A stretch of DNA of 64,000 bases from the sequence record LR756502.1, one strand, 5' to 3'. Within the stretch, counting starts at the first letter, position 1. Every line of letters starts with the position of its first letter. Made by a program: the position numbers and the translations under genes. Positions 1-10,791 of the stretch are shown here, piece after piece. The notes beneath the pieces are model-generated. The model ran no database searches. It worked only from the letters and a program-made list of their open reading frames with translations, and had not been told where the DNA came from.

Positions 1-2
1 AT

Positions 3-3000
3 AGTATAAATAATGATGGCGCTTTTACTGTTACAAATGTAGATATTACTGACATTATAAATTTTGAATATGAGGTTTCTGGAGCACCAACAAACTCAAA
101 TCTTATAATGGAGGTTATAACAAGAACAGATCTTCCTATTATATATGAGGGTCCTATCGATATATCTAGTAATAAAGTTAGTTTTTCTGGAGTCGCTCCA
201 TCAATTCTTAAGCCAGGGTCAGAGTTTAAGATAGTTGGATCTTCATTAAACACAAATTTCTTAAATGTCTCGGCTCTACCAACATTTCTTGGTAACACAC
301 AACTTACATACTACTCAACTCAATCACAAGTCCTTTGGAATAACAGAGTTTATGAGTGTTTGTCAGCATATACACAAAGTGCTACATCAAGTATTAACCC
401 AGATAACACATCATATTGGACTTTATCGACATATGTTCCAGTTGATGAATCAACTGTCTCAGAAACATTACTAAATGTTCAAGTATATTTAACAACTGAC
501 CATTTCTATTTTGAATATGGGTGGACTCAAAGTAATGCTGTTACACTAGCATCAACTGCTGAGAAATATGCTGAAGATTTAAAGATATTTAATATTGATT
601 TGTATTATAAGTACAATAAATTAAAAGCGGATTTAATATACCCTAGTAATTATGCTGAAGTTAACTTCTATTACGATAATATATTAGCAACATCATCGAT
701 TGGTAGTATGAGATCTGTTTATGAGAAGGCTGTTCAAGTTAGAGAAGATCTTATAACAGAACTTAGTTATGATTATTCCACAAATAAAAGGTATAATATA
801 GTATTTACTGATATTGATGAATTTGGTATAAAGATAATTATTAATAAGATGGTTTATCAAGAGGAAATCTCTTGGGTATATTCTACTGGTATAACCGTTG
901 ATATGGATAGAACAATTGATGCCACTCTTAGAAATTGGATGGAAAGACACTATGTTAAACTAATAACTCTTGGTATAATAGCTGAGTTAGAATACATTGG
1001 TAACTTCTCTTCTATCTATTATAACTCTATAATATTAAATACTCAATATCCAAATGTTCCAATGGACTTTAGTGTTGAAGTCGGAACAACAGCTGATTTT
1101 CATATTGAACATTCAACAGTTTTATTTACTGATATGGGTGGGTATCTATCTTTCATTATAAATGATAAGAGTTACGACCAAGCTACTGTATTTTTAACAG
1201 GCACAATGTCTCAATATCCTGATATACCAGCTACTCTATCAGCTTGGGTTGAGGCACATACAGAATATCTGACTGAGTTGGGTATAACTGTGGTTGAATA
1301 TAATAACCTTTTGAGCTTCAGTATTGAGGATCTTGAAAGAAGATTTACATATGAAATAAAAATAGGCAAGTCTTTATTACCTGGTCTGTCCGCATATACA
1401 ATTAATAATAAAATCAAGGGAAATGAGGGTGTTCTTATAGCATCAAATGAGGTTTTATTACCTTCTGGTGCCGCTTCTTTGGAAGAGGCTGGATTTGCTA
1501 CGGGAATGGTATTTTCTATTAATAATACTGTTTATCCTTTTGATAATCAAGAGTATAATATTCAATATTTGGATCCTGATAGACTTAATTTAAGTTATCA
1601 AGGACCTTTCTGGGGTCTTACTGATAGTTTATGTAACTCATCTGCTTTTGTTACAATTGCATTTAACACTGGGTTTGGACAAACTGGATGTTCGCCATCA
1701 TCTCCTATTACTGGATTTGCTGGTCCTTTTGAAGATGGTCCTTTCAATACATCTGAATTTAGTATATCATATAATCCAAATACATATACTGTAAATGAGT
1801 ATGCTCTTAGTTCACATGCAGGTACATCAAATCTTATAGATATACAGTATGTGCAATTGTCTAACTCTATATATGGGCTCGGTGATGATGTTACTGTTAT
1901 AGATGCCTATACCGGATACTATAATACTACAATATCTCTTTTGGGTAATACTCAAAGTGTTGATATGGAGTACAATCCAATAAATAGTTATTTATATTGT
2001 TTAAGTTCTTATAAGCTATTTGTAGTTGATCCACTACTAAATGTGGTTGTTGATACAATAACATTAACATATTCTGGATATGATTTAGCTATTAATACAG
2101 TTAATGGTGATGTTTATGTTTCTTATGATAATATATCAAGACTCGATATATGGGACTATTCAAATACACAGCAGATACCTTTGACTGGATGGGGCGGTAC
2201 TTTTTCTGGTAAAATGGCATTTAATGTATTTCAAGAGGATATGTATCTAACTACAAAAGACACATCTGATATAGTTTATAGAATTGATGGTGCTACAAGG
2301 GCTGTTCAATATGTCTTTGGTGTACCTGGAATATCTAACTTAGAAAACCATACAATTTTATATGAGCAAGTAAATGAATCTGTATATGTTTATGGGTCAG
2401 CTTCTTTGTATAAAATAGACGGTGCTAGTGTATCATCTATATCTTCTGTATCCTCTCAAACATTTAGCGAATTATTGTTTAATAATATAAGTGGTGAGAT
2501 GAACATTTCTGACACATCTAATAACTTTACACAGTTAGACCTAAATACTAATGTTATTACACAGACCGGTGTGTCTAGATATGGTTACCTATCACTTAAT
2601 CAGTATGATGGTGATGTGTATCTGTCATCATTAAATACTAATACTATAATAGTAGTTGATTCAACTACAGGAGCTATTAACTATACTGCTCCTATGAGTG
2701 CTAATACTACCAAATCAACATATAACCCGGAAAGGAAGAGTGTTTGGGCTTTACAACCATCAACAAATGCTATGATAGAGGTTATGGTTGTGGTAAATGC
2801 TGTAATAACAATAGTTCCATCAACTCATAGTAGTATTGGAGAGAACTTATATGGTACATTATCGGATGAGTATGTTCCTAAAGACTACCTTTGGCTAAAA
2901 TCAAGAGAGTATATAAGAAAACCAAGAGAAAATTATGAGGGGGAGCATCAAACTAAATTTTACTGGAAGTGGTTCTCTGATAACGTTCCTCAGTTTTTCT

Positions 3001-5021
3001 TATATGACTTCTCCGGGGATCAATTAGAGACATCTGGTTCATATTCATATACTGGTGTAAAGCCACTTGATAAAATTGTATTGAGTAAATATCCGAATAA
3101 AGATTATACTAAAGCATCACTATCTGAGTGGCAACAAACAATATTTGATGTTATCGAATATCCACTTGAATATATTAATGACTCTACTGATATATCTACT
3201 GAGTCAGAGCCAATGCAAGTATTTGTTGGGTTTAACTCACCTGATGAGGGCGCACTTAGATCAATATTGCAGTTATTTAAGAAGGAAGAGATTGAGTTTG
3301 ATATTGTATCAAATTCAACTACTGATAACATAATAACATTTGAGACATTATTTGATTCTAATACTGGAGCAAATTATGGTCAGATATCACTTAGTGCATT
3401 ATCCGAAAATAATTTTATAGATGATGATTCTGATGAAACATTTGTTGGTGTTAAGAGAGGATTGAAAGTTGGTCAAACATTGGCTTTATATATTACTGAT
3501 AACACAAACATTAAGAAACAATACATATCACCCAATAACGGTAGATTGGTTAAAATAAGGGAGATATATACTAGAGTATTAATTGTTGATTTTATAAATA
3601 AAGACCTTGATAAATTAGATACAGAGTCCACAAAAATTTCTGATTATCCAAAAGCTGGACAGACAACCTATTTAACAACTAAGTTTAAGGTGTGGGATAG
3701 AGAGATTGGTAGATTTACAACATATGGACAAACAGAGGTAGAGGATATAAGATATAAGATAGAACTATCAAATGTTGGAAAGAATATTGGGTCAAATGAA
3801 ACATTCATATTTAAGGATTATGACATTAATGAGGGTGGTATAGACTGGACATTTTTAAATAAAAAGAGAAAGGAAATGTTGATGATGAAACATCTGATAT
3901 ATCCTTACATCGGGTCTTATAAGTCTATAATAAATGCTATTAATTACTTTGGTTATAATGATCTTGAGTTAAATGAATACTATAGAAATATCGATGAGAC
4001 ATCTGAGAACTATCTTAAGCTTTTTAAGGTGGAAATACCAGATATATTTGATAATACCGTAGAGGGTTGGACTGATAATGACTTTCTAAAACATACTCTT
4101 CCTAATGAAAAGTATCAAGAGACTAGTCTATTCAATTTAACTTATAATATAACAGATAAAGAGGGTAATATTATACTAAATTACACATTAGATGAGGTTA
4201 TTATTAAGCTACAGGGTTTAAAATATTGGTTAAAAAAGAATATAATACCACTAACTCACAAGATATTGGATATAACTGGTAGAGCTCATTTTGTTGGTGG
4301 TAGTCAAATTCAACATAGAGTGCAAGATATAAACATTATAAATGTTAGACAGTCAATGACACCTATTACATTCAAAATGAATGAGGCTTATTTAATGCCT
4401 GTAAATAGTGGATCCACTGTATATAACTGTGTATTGGACTTCTCTACACAAACAGCATCTATATTACCTGATTACTTTAATATTGATATTAAGACATATA
4501 AAACATATAAAGAATGGGCTCCTTTTACAACATATAATATTGGTGATTTGGTTACTTATTATGGTAGGATGTATGAGTCTCACATTGATAATAATAAGGT
4601 AAAAAACCCAAGAAAGTACGAAAACTTAACAAGTTGGGATGCTAATACTGTTTATATACCAACTAATATAATATCATATGAGAGAGAATTTTATGTCTAT
4701 AGTGGCATAGGAACATATTCTGCTATAGTTCCTCCTTTAGATACTACAAATTGGTTAAATATAACAGAGTGGAAGGAAATAGACTTTGAACCAGTTCAAA
4801 GGATACAAGAATTTAGAAATATTAATAGTCTATTACCATTTAACTTCACAATAGACTCAAATATTGATCCTTTTATTGCTATTGAGGTTTCTTCTGATAA
4901 CGGATATGGTCTTACATATAGAGATAAAAAGAACTACGAGGTTAGGGGTCTTTTGGACTTAAGAGATCCTGTTAGATATATTGATCCAATTGGTCCTTTC
5001 GTACCTATATCTAATATATAA
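3..5021 (+). CDS. Large virion/baseplate wedge-like protein (5' end outside window)
   Basis: Frame is open from base 3, so the ATG at 108 is internal. CBM5/12-like motifs (WAPFTTYNIGDLVTYYGRMYES), a beta-propeller-like repeat region, and a C-terminal YPYIGSYKSIINAINYFGY segment reminiscent of baseplate wedge proteins. Confidence 0.55.
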   Translation, partial: SINNDGAFTVTNVDITDIINFEYEVSGAPTNSNLIMEVITRTDLPIIYEGPIDISSNKVSFSGVAPSILKPGSEFKIVGSSLNTNFLNVSALPTFLGNTQLTYYSTQSQVLWNNRVYECLSAYTQSATSSINPDNTSYWTLSTYVPVDESTVSETLLNVQVYLTTDHFYFEYGWTQSNAVTLASTAEKYAEDLKIFNIDLYYKYNKLKADLIYPSNYAEVNFYYDNILATSSIGSMRSVYEKAVQVREDLITELSYDYSTNKRYNIVFTDIDEFGIKIIINKMVYQEEISWVYSTGITVDMDRTIDATLRNWMERHYVKLITLGIIAELEYIGNFSSIYYNSIILNTQYPNVPMDFSVEVGTTADFHIEHSTVLFTDMGGYLSFIINDKSYDQATVFLTGTMSQYPDIPATLSAWVEAHTEYLTELGITVVEYNNLLSFSIEDLERRFTYEIKIGKSLLPGLSAYTINNKIKGNEGVLIASNEVLLPSGAASLEEAGFATGMVFSINNTVYPFDNQEYNIQYLDPDRLNLSYQGPFWGLTDSLCNSSAFVTIAFNTGFGQTGCSPSSPITGFAGPFEDGPFNTSEFSISYNPNTYTVNEYALSSHAGTSNLIDIQYVQLSNSIYGLGDDVTVIDAYTGYYNTTISLLGNTQSVDMEYNPINSYLYCLSSYKLFVVDPLLNVVVDTITLTYSGYDLAINTVNGDVYVSYDNISRLDIWDYSNTQQIPLTGWGGTFSGKMAFNVFQEDMYLTTKDTSDIVYRIDGATRAVQYVFGVPGISNLENHTILYEQVNESVYVYGSASLYKIDGASVSSISSVSSQTFSELLFNNISGEMNISDTSNNFTQLDLNTNVITQTGVSRYGYLSLNQYDGDVYLSSLNTNTIIVVDSTTGAINYTAPMSANTTKSTYNPERKSVWALQPSTNAMIEVMVVVNAVITIVPSTHSSIGENLYGTLSDEYVPKDYLWLKSREYIRKPRENYEGEHQTKFYWKWFSDNVPQFFLYDFSGDQLETSGSYSYTGVKPLDKIVLSKYPNKDYTKASLSEWQQTIFDVIEYPLEYINDSTDISTESEPMQVFVGFNSPDEGALRSILQLFKKEEIEFDIVSNSTTDNIITFETLFDSNTGANYGQISLSALSENNFIDDDSDETFVGVKRGLKVGQTLALYITDNTNIKKQYISPNNGRLVKIREIYTRVLIVDFINKDLDKLDTESTKISDYPKAGQTTYLTTKFKVWDREIGRFTTYGQTEVEDIRYKIELSNVGKNIGSNETFIFKDYDINEGGIDWTFLNKKRKEMLMMKHLIYPYIGSYKSIINAINYFGYNDLELNEYYRNIDETSENYLKLFKVEIPDIFDNTVEGWTDNDFLKHTLPNEKYQETSLFNLTYNITDKEGNIILNYTLDEVIIKLQGLKYWLKKNIIPLTHKILDITGRAHFVGGSQIQHRVQDINIINVRQSMTPITFKMNEAYLMPVNSGSTVYNCVLDFSTQTASILPDYFNIDIKTYKTYKEWAPFTTYNIGDLVTYYGRMYESHIDNNKVKNPRKYENLTSWDANTVYIPTNIISYEREFYVYSGIGTYSAIVPPLDTTNWLNITEWKEIDFEPVQRIQEFRNINSLLPFNFTIDSNIDPFIAIEVSSDNGYGLTYRDKKNYEVRGLLDLRDPVRYIDPIGPFVPISNI

Positions 5022-5051
5022 AAAAATCCACTCAATTGAGTGGATTTTTTT
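5020..5051. terminator. Bidirectional intrinsic terminator
   Basis: AAAAAATCCACTC-AATT-GAGTGGATTTTTT between convergent genes. Confidence 0.85.
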
Positions 5052-5298
5052 ATGGTTTGAATTTACCAGACATATTTGACATATCTTTCATGTAAGATGA
5101 TGGGTTGAAGTTTGGCATAGTCTTAGACTGTGTATCTTCTTGGCTTTTCTTGTTTTTATCTTCTTCTTCAAGAATCTCGTTTACAAGTTTAATGTTTTCT
5201 TCAAACATCCAGAATGGCCACTCATCCATTGATACCTCAGCTACATGAAAATGTTTCTGAAGCATCAACTTATTCTTTAATATATGCTTCAAAGGCAT
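5050..5298 (-). CDS. gp51: Baseplate hub assembly protein, T4 gp51-like
   Basis: LMLQKHFH...MDEWPFWMFEENIKLVNEILEEE pattern; directly after gp26-like gene; ATG at 5298 preferred over ORF-track start 5364. Confidence 0.6.
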   Translation of the reverse strand: MPLKHILKNKLMLQKHFHVAEVSMDEWPFWMFEENIKLVNEILEEEDKNKKSQEDTQSKTMPNFNPSSYMKDMSNMSGKFKP

Positions 5299-6217
5299 TA
5301 TGAATAACGAAAATACCTGACGATCCGTTGGGAAACTGCATTTCTGCGTGGACCTCCTCGCCACAAGATGTGCATTTCTTTTTAAGTTCTTTAACTCCGA
5401 ATGTCATTTTACTAACCGCTCCATTTAAGAATTGAAATGATATATCATCCATCTCTTCAAATTCTTTAAGTTTGGCTTTTATTCCATCATAAGTAATTGA
5501 TGTTCTTCCTTCTAACATAAAAGGAATAATTTTTAAGAATGCTAAATTTGGTGGTCTTTTCTCATTGTTTTCTCTGACAATATAGTCAGTGAATGCCTTT
5601 TGTAGTCCAATATTTGGTGGTGTTAGAATAAACTCCTTATTATTGGTTGTTCTAAACCTAAAGGCTCTATTAGAATTGTCAAAATACTTATTAAGTTTTT
5701 CATCAAATTCATGAAATGTGAAGTTACCTCTTTTCAATTCTATTTGAGCTTCTTCTCCACATGCACATTTAGCATTAACTGCTAGTGAGCTACCTTGTTG
5801 GAATGTTAATTCTCTTATTAGGAATATTAGATATAATCTATCTTGGTCCTTAACATCAACATACGATGTTACCTTCCCATCAGGATATTTTACCCTAACA
5901 CATGCTTGAATCATATCATTCATTTTCTCAACTATATCATAGAAGTTATTATCATCAACCATTGAGTATGATTGTATTTCTTTAACTTGAGCTGGTCTTA
6001 CCATTAATAGAGTTCCTGTTGGATAAAATCTGCCACATGGTAACTCCTTAACATCAAAATTAAAGAACTGAAGGTCAGTTACCCTTGAATTTTCACTAGT
6101 ATTAGCTAAGAATGGTATATCGCTATTAGATTGATTCTTTGGAGATTTACCAGACTCTAGATCCTCTAAATGTTTTTTTAGATAGTCTTCCTCTGACATA
6201 TTTTTTTCTTCTGACAT
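5270..6217 (-). CDS. gp26: Baseplate hub subunit, T4 gp26-like
   Basis: LMVRP...KE, VKDQDRLYLIFLIRELTF, two CxxC pairs, C-terminal CTSCG...GIF. Confidence 0.65.
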   Translation of the reverse strand: MSEEKNMSEEDYLKKHLEDLESGKSPKNQSNSDIPFLANTSENSRVTDLQFFNFDVKELPCGRFYPTGTLLMVRPAQVKEIQSYSMVDDNNFYDIVEKMNDMIQACVRVKYPDGKVTSYVDVKDQDRLYLIFLIRELTFQQGSSLAVNAKCACGEEAQIELKRGNFTFHEFDEKLNKYFDNSNRAFRFRTTNNKEFILTPPNIGLQKAFTDYIVRENNEKRPPNLAFLKIIPFMLEGRTSITYDGIKAKLKEFEEMDDISFQFLNGAVSKMTFGVKELKKKCTSCGEEVHAEMQFPNGSSGIFVIHNAFEAYIKE

Positions 6218-6262
6218 AAAAATTATTATTTTTAATTATATATTACAAGTACATGTTCCTCC

Positions 6263-6317
6263 ATTAAAACGCATAAAAAAGGGGAGATAAATCTCCCCTT
6301 TTTTTATGCGTTTTAAT
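6263..6317. terminator. Long inverted repeat/terminator after tail sheath
   Basis: ATTAAAACGCATAAAAAAGGGGAGAT-AA-ATCTCCCCTTTTTTTATGCGTTTTAAT; about 26-bp arms with one bulge. Confidence 0.8.
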
Positions 6318-6320
6318 CTT

Positions 6321-9300
6321 TTATGGTATAATAAAACCACCTGATTGAATTGCTCCTGTTCTAAGTATTGTGATATTATTCACGATTATACCCATACCTT
6401 TTATTGGTTCAATGTAGGTATCAAGAACACCCATTTGGCTGTCTATTATATCAGATGTATTATTCTCTTCATCAATTTTATTGAAGTAGTTATATAATCC
6501 ATTTTTACTTACATAAGTCTCACAAATAACATCTGCTCTTAACTTAATTTCAGATCTAATATCTGGAGTGTTAAACTTCCATTGGAAGTCAAGTAACATT
6601 CTAGAAAGTTCTCTTTCAAGTTCAATAAGTACTTCTCTTACGTGTATATAAGATAAAGCTGACTTATATAAAGTTTGTGCAGTGTTCTCTGTTTCAATAA
6701 CATATCCTCTGTTTCTCTTGAACACAATTGGGTTCATTTGAGCTTGGTTAAGGTTTTCTATATCAGTTGGAGTGAAATCAATTTCAAGTCCAGCGATGTT
6801 AGTAACCTTACCATTTGTAACACCAGCTGCAATTGTCCAAGGTGTCATTGATGATATATTAGATGTATGCTTTCTCATATATGTAGTTGCTATATATGAT
6901 GAAGGTGGCATAAATAATGGTCTACCATTATCATCTACACTTACATATGGTGAAAAATAACCTGTACAAGTTGTACCTGCTCCATCACCAAATGAGTAAA
7001 GGAATGCTGGGTTAGACTCAGGGTCTCCACCTTGTGCTATAAATGATGTCTGTAAAACACCTTCACTATCTACAAATGTAGGTGAAGTTGAGTTTTTGAA
7101 TGACTTCATTGAAGGCATGTTTATGAATCCGAATGCGTCTAGTCTTTCACCACAAATGTCAACCAATTGTTGTTTAGATCTTTCTGTTAATCCTAAACCA
7201 AATGAATCTATTAAGTATCTAAAGTCAATAGCTTCCTTGTTAGTTACTGCCTTAAATAAAGGAGTTCCTTTAGCTACTAGATTAAGAATTTCATCCTGTC
7301 TTGTTTCAGTACCATCAGATAAAGAGTCTTGTCTGATTCTAAATCCTTTAAGTGGCATAGCTTTGTATGTTGTTACATAGTCTTCGATAGTTGTATATCT
7401 TGTAGTCTGTAAGTCACCTCCAAATGAGTATGTTGCTATTCTAGAATCACAAGTAACCTCTACTAGACTAGTATCAGCTGCGTATGTTCTCTTACTCAAA
7501 ACTCTTGTAAGATTTTTTGCAACCTCTCCAACCTCTAATGCTGAAGTATCAACATATGCTTCTAAGAAATCACCAATTTTTAACTCAGTGTATCTTGACC
7601 CATTAATAAGAATCTTATTAGGAACTTGAACATATCCAGATGGCGCTTCTATTTCAATTGTTTCTTTGAAATTTGATTTCAATGATTGAATGTAGAATAC
7701 ACTATTTAATGTTGTATCAACTGGTACAATACTTTGTAGTGTAGAATCCATAAATACTACTTCTAGATTATTTGTGTTATCTAAGTACATTTTTAAGTAA
7801 TGTTTGTCTAAGTAATCATATACCTCAGTTACTCCAAGTAATTCTTCATATGTTACATTCTCACTTACTTGATATGCGTAATATCCAGCTCCGTATCCTA
7901 ATGTTGTTGCTTGATTAACATAAGTTAGTACTGTGAAAGAACCTTGATTACTTACTGAATCTGGAACAGACACTTGGTCATATGTTAGTAAAGTAACAGC
8001 ATCCATTGGACTATAGAATACAATGTAGTCATTTCCAATTGCTGAAGATGTCGCTGATGGAGCATCTTCCCCAGGAAGGAAAATAATATCTACTGAAGAT
8101 ACAGTAGGTGAACTGAAAGTCAAGATATTTGAATAGAAGTAATCTCCTGTATTTATCTGACCATCTACATATTTAGTATACATTGTTGAGTATTCAGCAA
8201 CAACTCCACCATCGGTAGAAGATGTTCCAGTCATAGTCGCTGTAGTATTTTTAGTTGAAACAGAAGCTTGTCCTAATATAAACTCATTATCTAATGTGTA
8301 GATTAATAAGTATCCATTTAGTAAGTCTGGTATTTCAGCTGATGTCAATCCTGTGTTAAGAGTGAATGACTTATTTTGTGTATTTGATGTTACGATTCCA
8401 GTTACGGTCATATCACTAAGACTTCTCTTAGTCATAGTTGTTGAACTCATAACCATTGTCATTTTATCCTTATTAGGGCCATCCAATAGATTAATAAAGT
8501 TATTGAATGTTTTAATTCTTCTGTATTGCTCATAGTTTGATAAACTTGATGAGCTATTAGTATTATTAAAATCAACTCTAATAGAGCCACTTCCTAAATC
8601 AGTAACATAATAATCATTTGATCCAGTTCCGAATGTTAATTCGATATATGAAGATGTTCCAACTGTTACTGATGTTTGTGATATAGATGATGTTCCAAAT
8701 GCTCCAGCTTTAACATCAAAAGATACATATCCAAGAACTATATCTGTTGATCCTACACTTGGTTTTGTATTAGCTGTTGTTGTTTCTACTGTTGTTATAC
8801 TTCCAGTGCTATCAATAACAAATGCTGCGTAATAAGATACAGTACCAGATGTTAGTGGGTAAGAACTAGGAGAAAGAGTTAATGAAGACGTTGCTACTGT
8901 AAGATGTTGTCCACCTATTACAGCGTATGGGTTAACACTCGCGTTATATGCAACAACAATAGATGCTGTAGTTGATACCGCTGTTACCTCTGTTAAGTTA
9001 TTAACATATCCTTCAGCAAACCATCCAGTTCTATGTCCATTTACTACAACTCCTGTTTCTTTTGGACCGTTTCCAGTAAATGGATCTCCAAATGCATGAT
9101 ATGCATCTCTAGCAGTTGCTCCTATCGCAACAACATTTCCTGGTAAGTCAAGTGGTGTACTAGTTATAGTAACCGACTCTGATATAGTATCTCTATAAGA
9201 TAAGAAGTCAATATCAACATTCTCAACACCTACTAGTCCATTTCCAACTAAGTCTAAAAGACCATTTTTGAAATCAGCCTCTACTAAGTCTGAATTGAAT

Positions 9301-10172
9301 GCGCAGAATAAACCAGTTTTATTAGTATCTCTGTTTATTATTGTTTCAATAAATATATTTCTACCGTTCAAATCTCTGAAATAAGGAATCAATGACACAC
9401 CTTCGTAGTATGATAATAATGTAACATTTCTGTCGTTTGCGAAGTCACGAACTTTTTCTTTTCTAAGACCTGATGTATTAAAGTATGCACTCCATCTTGA
9501 GTCAACTGATAATGCTTGGTAATCTGACCAATCACCACCAACAACCACAACATCAACCATATAGTCGGATGCGTAATCATTTTGACTAACGTAAGGTGGC
9601 ATTTTTTCAACAGAACCATACCATTCGATAAGTGTTCTGTCAAATCCAGAAACTTTAGTTTTGAATATGAATGTTGTGATATATCTATCAGACATGTTTG
9701 TTAAACTGAAAGCTCTCTCAGTATAACTAGTATTACTCTTTGTTATATTTATAAAAGAATCTGTATCTCTCTTCCAAAATCCTGTTGTGTCGAAGAATCT
9801 TCTATAAGGTGCTGTTCTAACTTCATCATTATTGAAATTAGATGCCGCTGATAATGACATATATTCTAATGTGTCTAGATCATCATCTGTTGCTAGTAAG
9901 TTAATAGCGTAGACAGGAGCTGTCTCAAGCATCTTTGAAATCGTTCTGTGAAAGAAAGATCCTTTTCTTTCAAGACCCCTATCAAGTTGTCCGAAAATAG
10001 AATCAAGATCTCCTATTGTTTGCAATAAAATAGGAGTATTAACAGGTCCCTTTTTTGAAACACCTATAACCATATTAGTTATACCCTCAACAATCGGACT
10101 TGAGATAATTGATTGGTCAAACTCCTCTATGAAGATTCCTGGTCTTTTGTACTTTCCAATTTGAACTGCCAT
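6321..10172 (-). CDS. gp18: Contractile tail sheath protein with large central insertion
   Basis: N-terminal YKRPGIFIEEFDQS and GVSKKGPVNTP; C-terminal PWTIAAGVTNG, LNQAQMNPI, LSYIHVREVL, IEPIKGM. Confidence 0.92.
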   Translation of the reverse strand: MAVQIGKYKRPGIFIEEFDQSIISSPIVEGITNMVIGVSKKGPVNTPILLQTIGDLDSIFGQLDRGLERKGSFFHRTISKMLETAPVYAINLLATDDDLDTLEYMSLSAASNFNNDEVRTAPYRRFFDTTGFWKRDTDSFINITKSNTSYTERAFSLTNMSDRYITTFIFKTKVSGFDRTLIEWYGSVEKMPPYVSQNDYASDYMVDVVVVGGDWSDYQALSVDSRWSAYFNTSGLRKEKVRDFANDRNVTLLSYYEGVSLIPYFRDLNGRNIFIETIINRDTNKTGLFCAFNSDLVEADFKNGLLDLVGNGLVGVENVDIDFLSYRDTISESVTITSTPLDLPGNVVAIGATARDAYHAFGDPFTGNGPKETGVVVNGHRTGWFAEGYVNNLTEVTAVSTTASIVVAYNASVNPYAVIGGQHLTVATSSLTLSPSSYPLTSGTVSYYAAFVIDSTGSITTVETTTANTKPSVGSTDIVLGYVSFDVKAGAFGTSSISQTSVTVGTSSYIELTFGTGSNDYYVTDLGSGSIRVDFNNTNSSSSLSNYEQYRRIKTFNNFINLLDGPNKDKMTMVMSSTTMTKRSLSDMTVTGIVTSNTQNKSFTLNTGLTSAEIPDLLNGYLLIYTLDNEFILGQASVSTKNTTATMTGTSSTDGGVVAEYSTMYTKYVDGQINTGDYFYSNILTFSSPTVSSVDIIFLPGEDAPSATSSAIGNDYIVFYSPMDAVTLLTYDQVSVPDSVSNQGSFTVLTYVNQATTLGYGAGYYAYQVSENVTYEELLGVTEVYDYLDKHYLKMYLDNTNNLEVVFMDSTLQSIVPVDTTLNSVFYIQSLKSNFKETIEIEAPSGYVQVPNKILINGSRYTELKIGDFLEAYVDTSALEVGEVAKNLTRVLSKRTYAADTSLVEVTCDSRIATYSFGGDLQTTRYTTIEDYVTTYKAMPLKGFRIRQDSLSDGTETRQDEILNLVAKGTPLFKAVTNKEAIDFRYLIDSFGLGLTERSKQQLVDICGERLDAFGFINMPSMKSFKNSTSPTFVDSEGVLQTSFIAQGGDPESNPAFLYSFGDGAGTTCTGYFSPYVSVDDNGRPLFMPPSSYIATTYMRKHTSNISSMTPWTIAAGVTNGKVTNIAGLEIDFTPTDIENLNQAQMNPIVFKRNRGYVIETENTAQTLYKSALSYIHVREVLIELERELSRMLLDFQWKFNTPDIRSEIKLRADVICETYVSKNGLYNYFNKIDEENNTSDIIDSQMGVLDTYIEPIKGMGIIVNNITILRTGAIQSGGFIIP

Positions 10173-10199
10173 GTTTTATAATTTAATTTTTATGTAACA

Positions 10200-10229
10200 T
10201 ATATATAAAGTAAAGAAAATGATATTTTT
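10200..10229 (-). promoter_or_regulatory. Late promoter (TATATATA) with upstream AAAAATATCATT box, tail sheath
   Basis: The same ATATATA core precedes most structural genes; the box is shared with the gp21 promoter. Confidence 0.55.
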
Positions 10230-10230
10230 C

Positions 10231-10791
10231 TTATTTTGACTTTTTATCAGTGATATTTTTGATATAGTCCTTCATATCTTTCTCTTGTTTGCTAATCTTA
10301 TCATTTAGAGACTTCTCAGCTGCTGATGTGTCAGTAATTATTTTAGAAATTGTATCATTTGTTAATGATATTCTCTTATTAATGTCTGATATTTTTAACT
10401 GAAGTGATGACTTTTGGCTCGCATCAGTTGATGATGATAAATCTTGATTAAAATCATCTAGTTTTATTTTATCATCAACATTATTCTTTTTAAGCTTTTC
10501 TAGTCTTCTTTTTAGATCAGAAACATTTAGATATTCTACCAAAAATGGATTTCTATCTATCTTTGGTGATACTTCAGGTCCTAGTATTTCCTTAACCTTA
10601 TTAGACAACTCCTTGTCATCTTGTATCTTTATATAGGCTTGTGATATTAGATTCTTTTTGGCCTTAAACTCCTCTATTTGTGACATTAGAGTGTTTAGCT
10701 TCTCTTTAGACATTTTTAGATCAGGAGCATCAGATACTTCTGGTGTGAATAAATCTTCGTTGAATGACGAATATCCTTTTAGGTATTTCAT
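10231..10791 (-). CDS. Hypothetical coiled-coil protein with capsid-targeting-like N-terminus
   Basis: Begins MKYLKGYSSFNE. Confidence 0.6.
   Translation of the reverse strand: MKYLKGYSSFNEDLFTPEVSDAPDLKMSKEKLNTLMSQIEEFKAKKNLISQAYIKIQDDKELSNKVKEILGPEVSPKIDRNPFLVEYLNVSDLKRRLEKLKKNNVDDKIKLDDFNQDLSSSTDASQKSSLQLKISDINKRISLTNDTISKIITDTSAAEKSLNDKISKQEKDMKDYIKNITDKKSK

Noticed and set aside
5270-5364. Programmed frameshift joining gp26 and gp51
   Set aside because: Would need +1/-2, there is no canonical slippery heptamer, and gp51 has its own ATG at 5298
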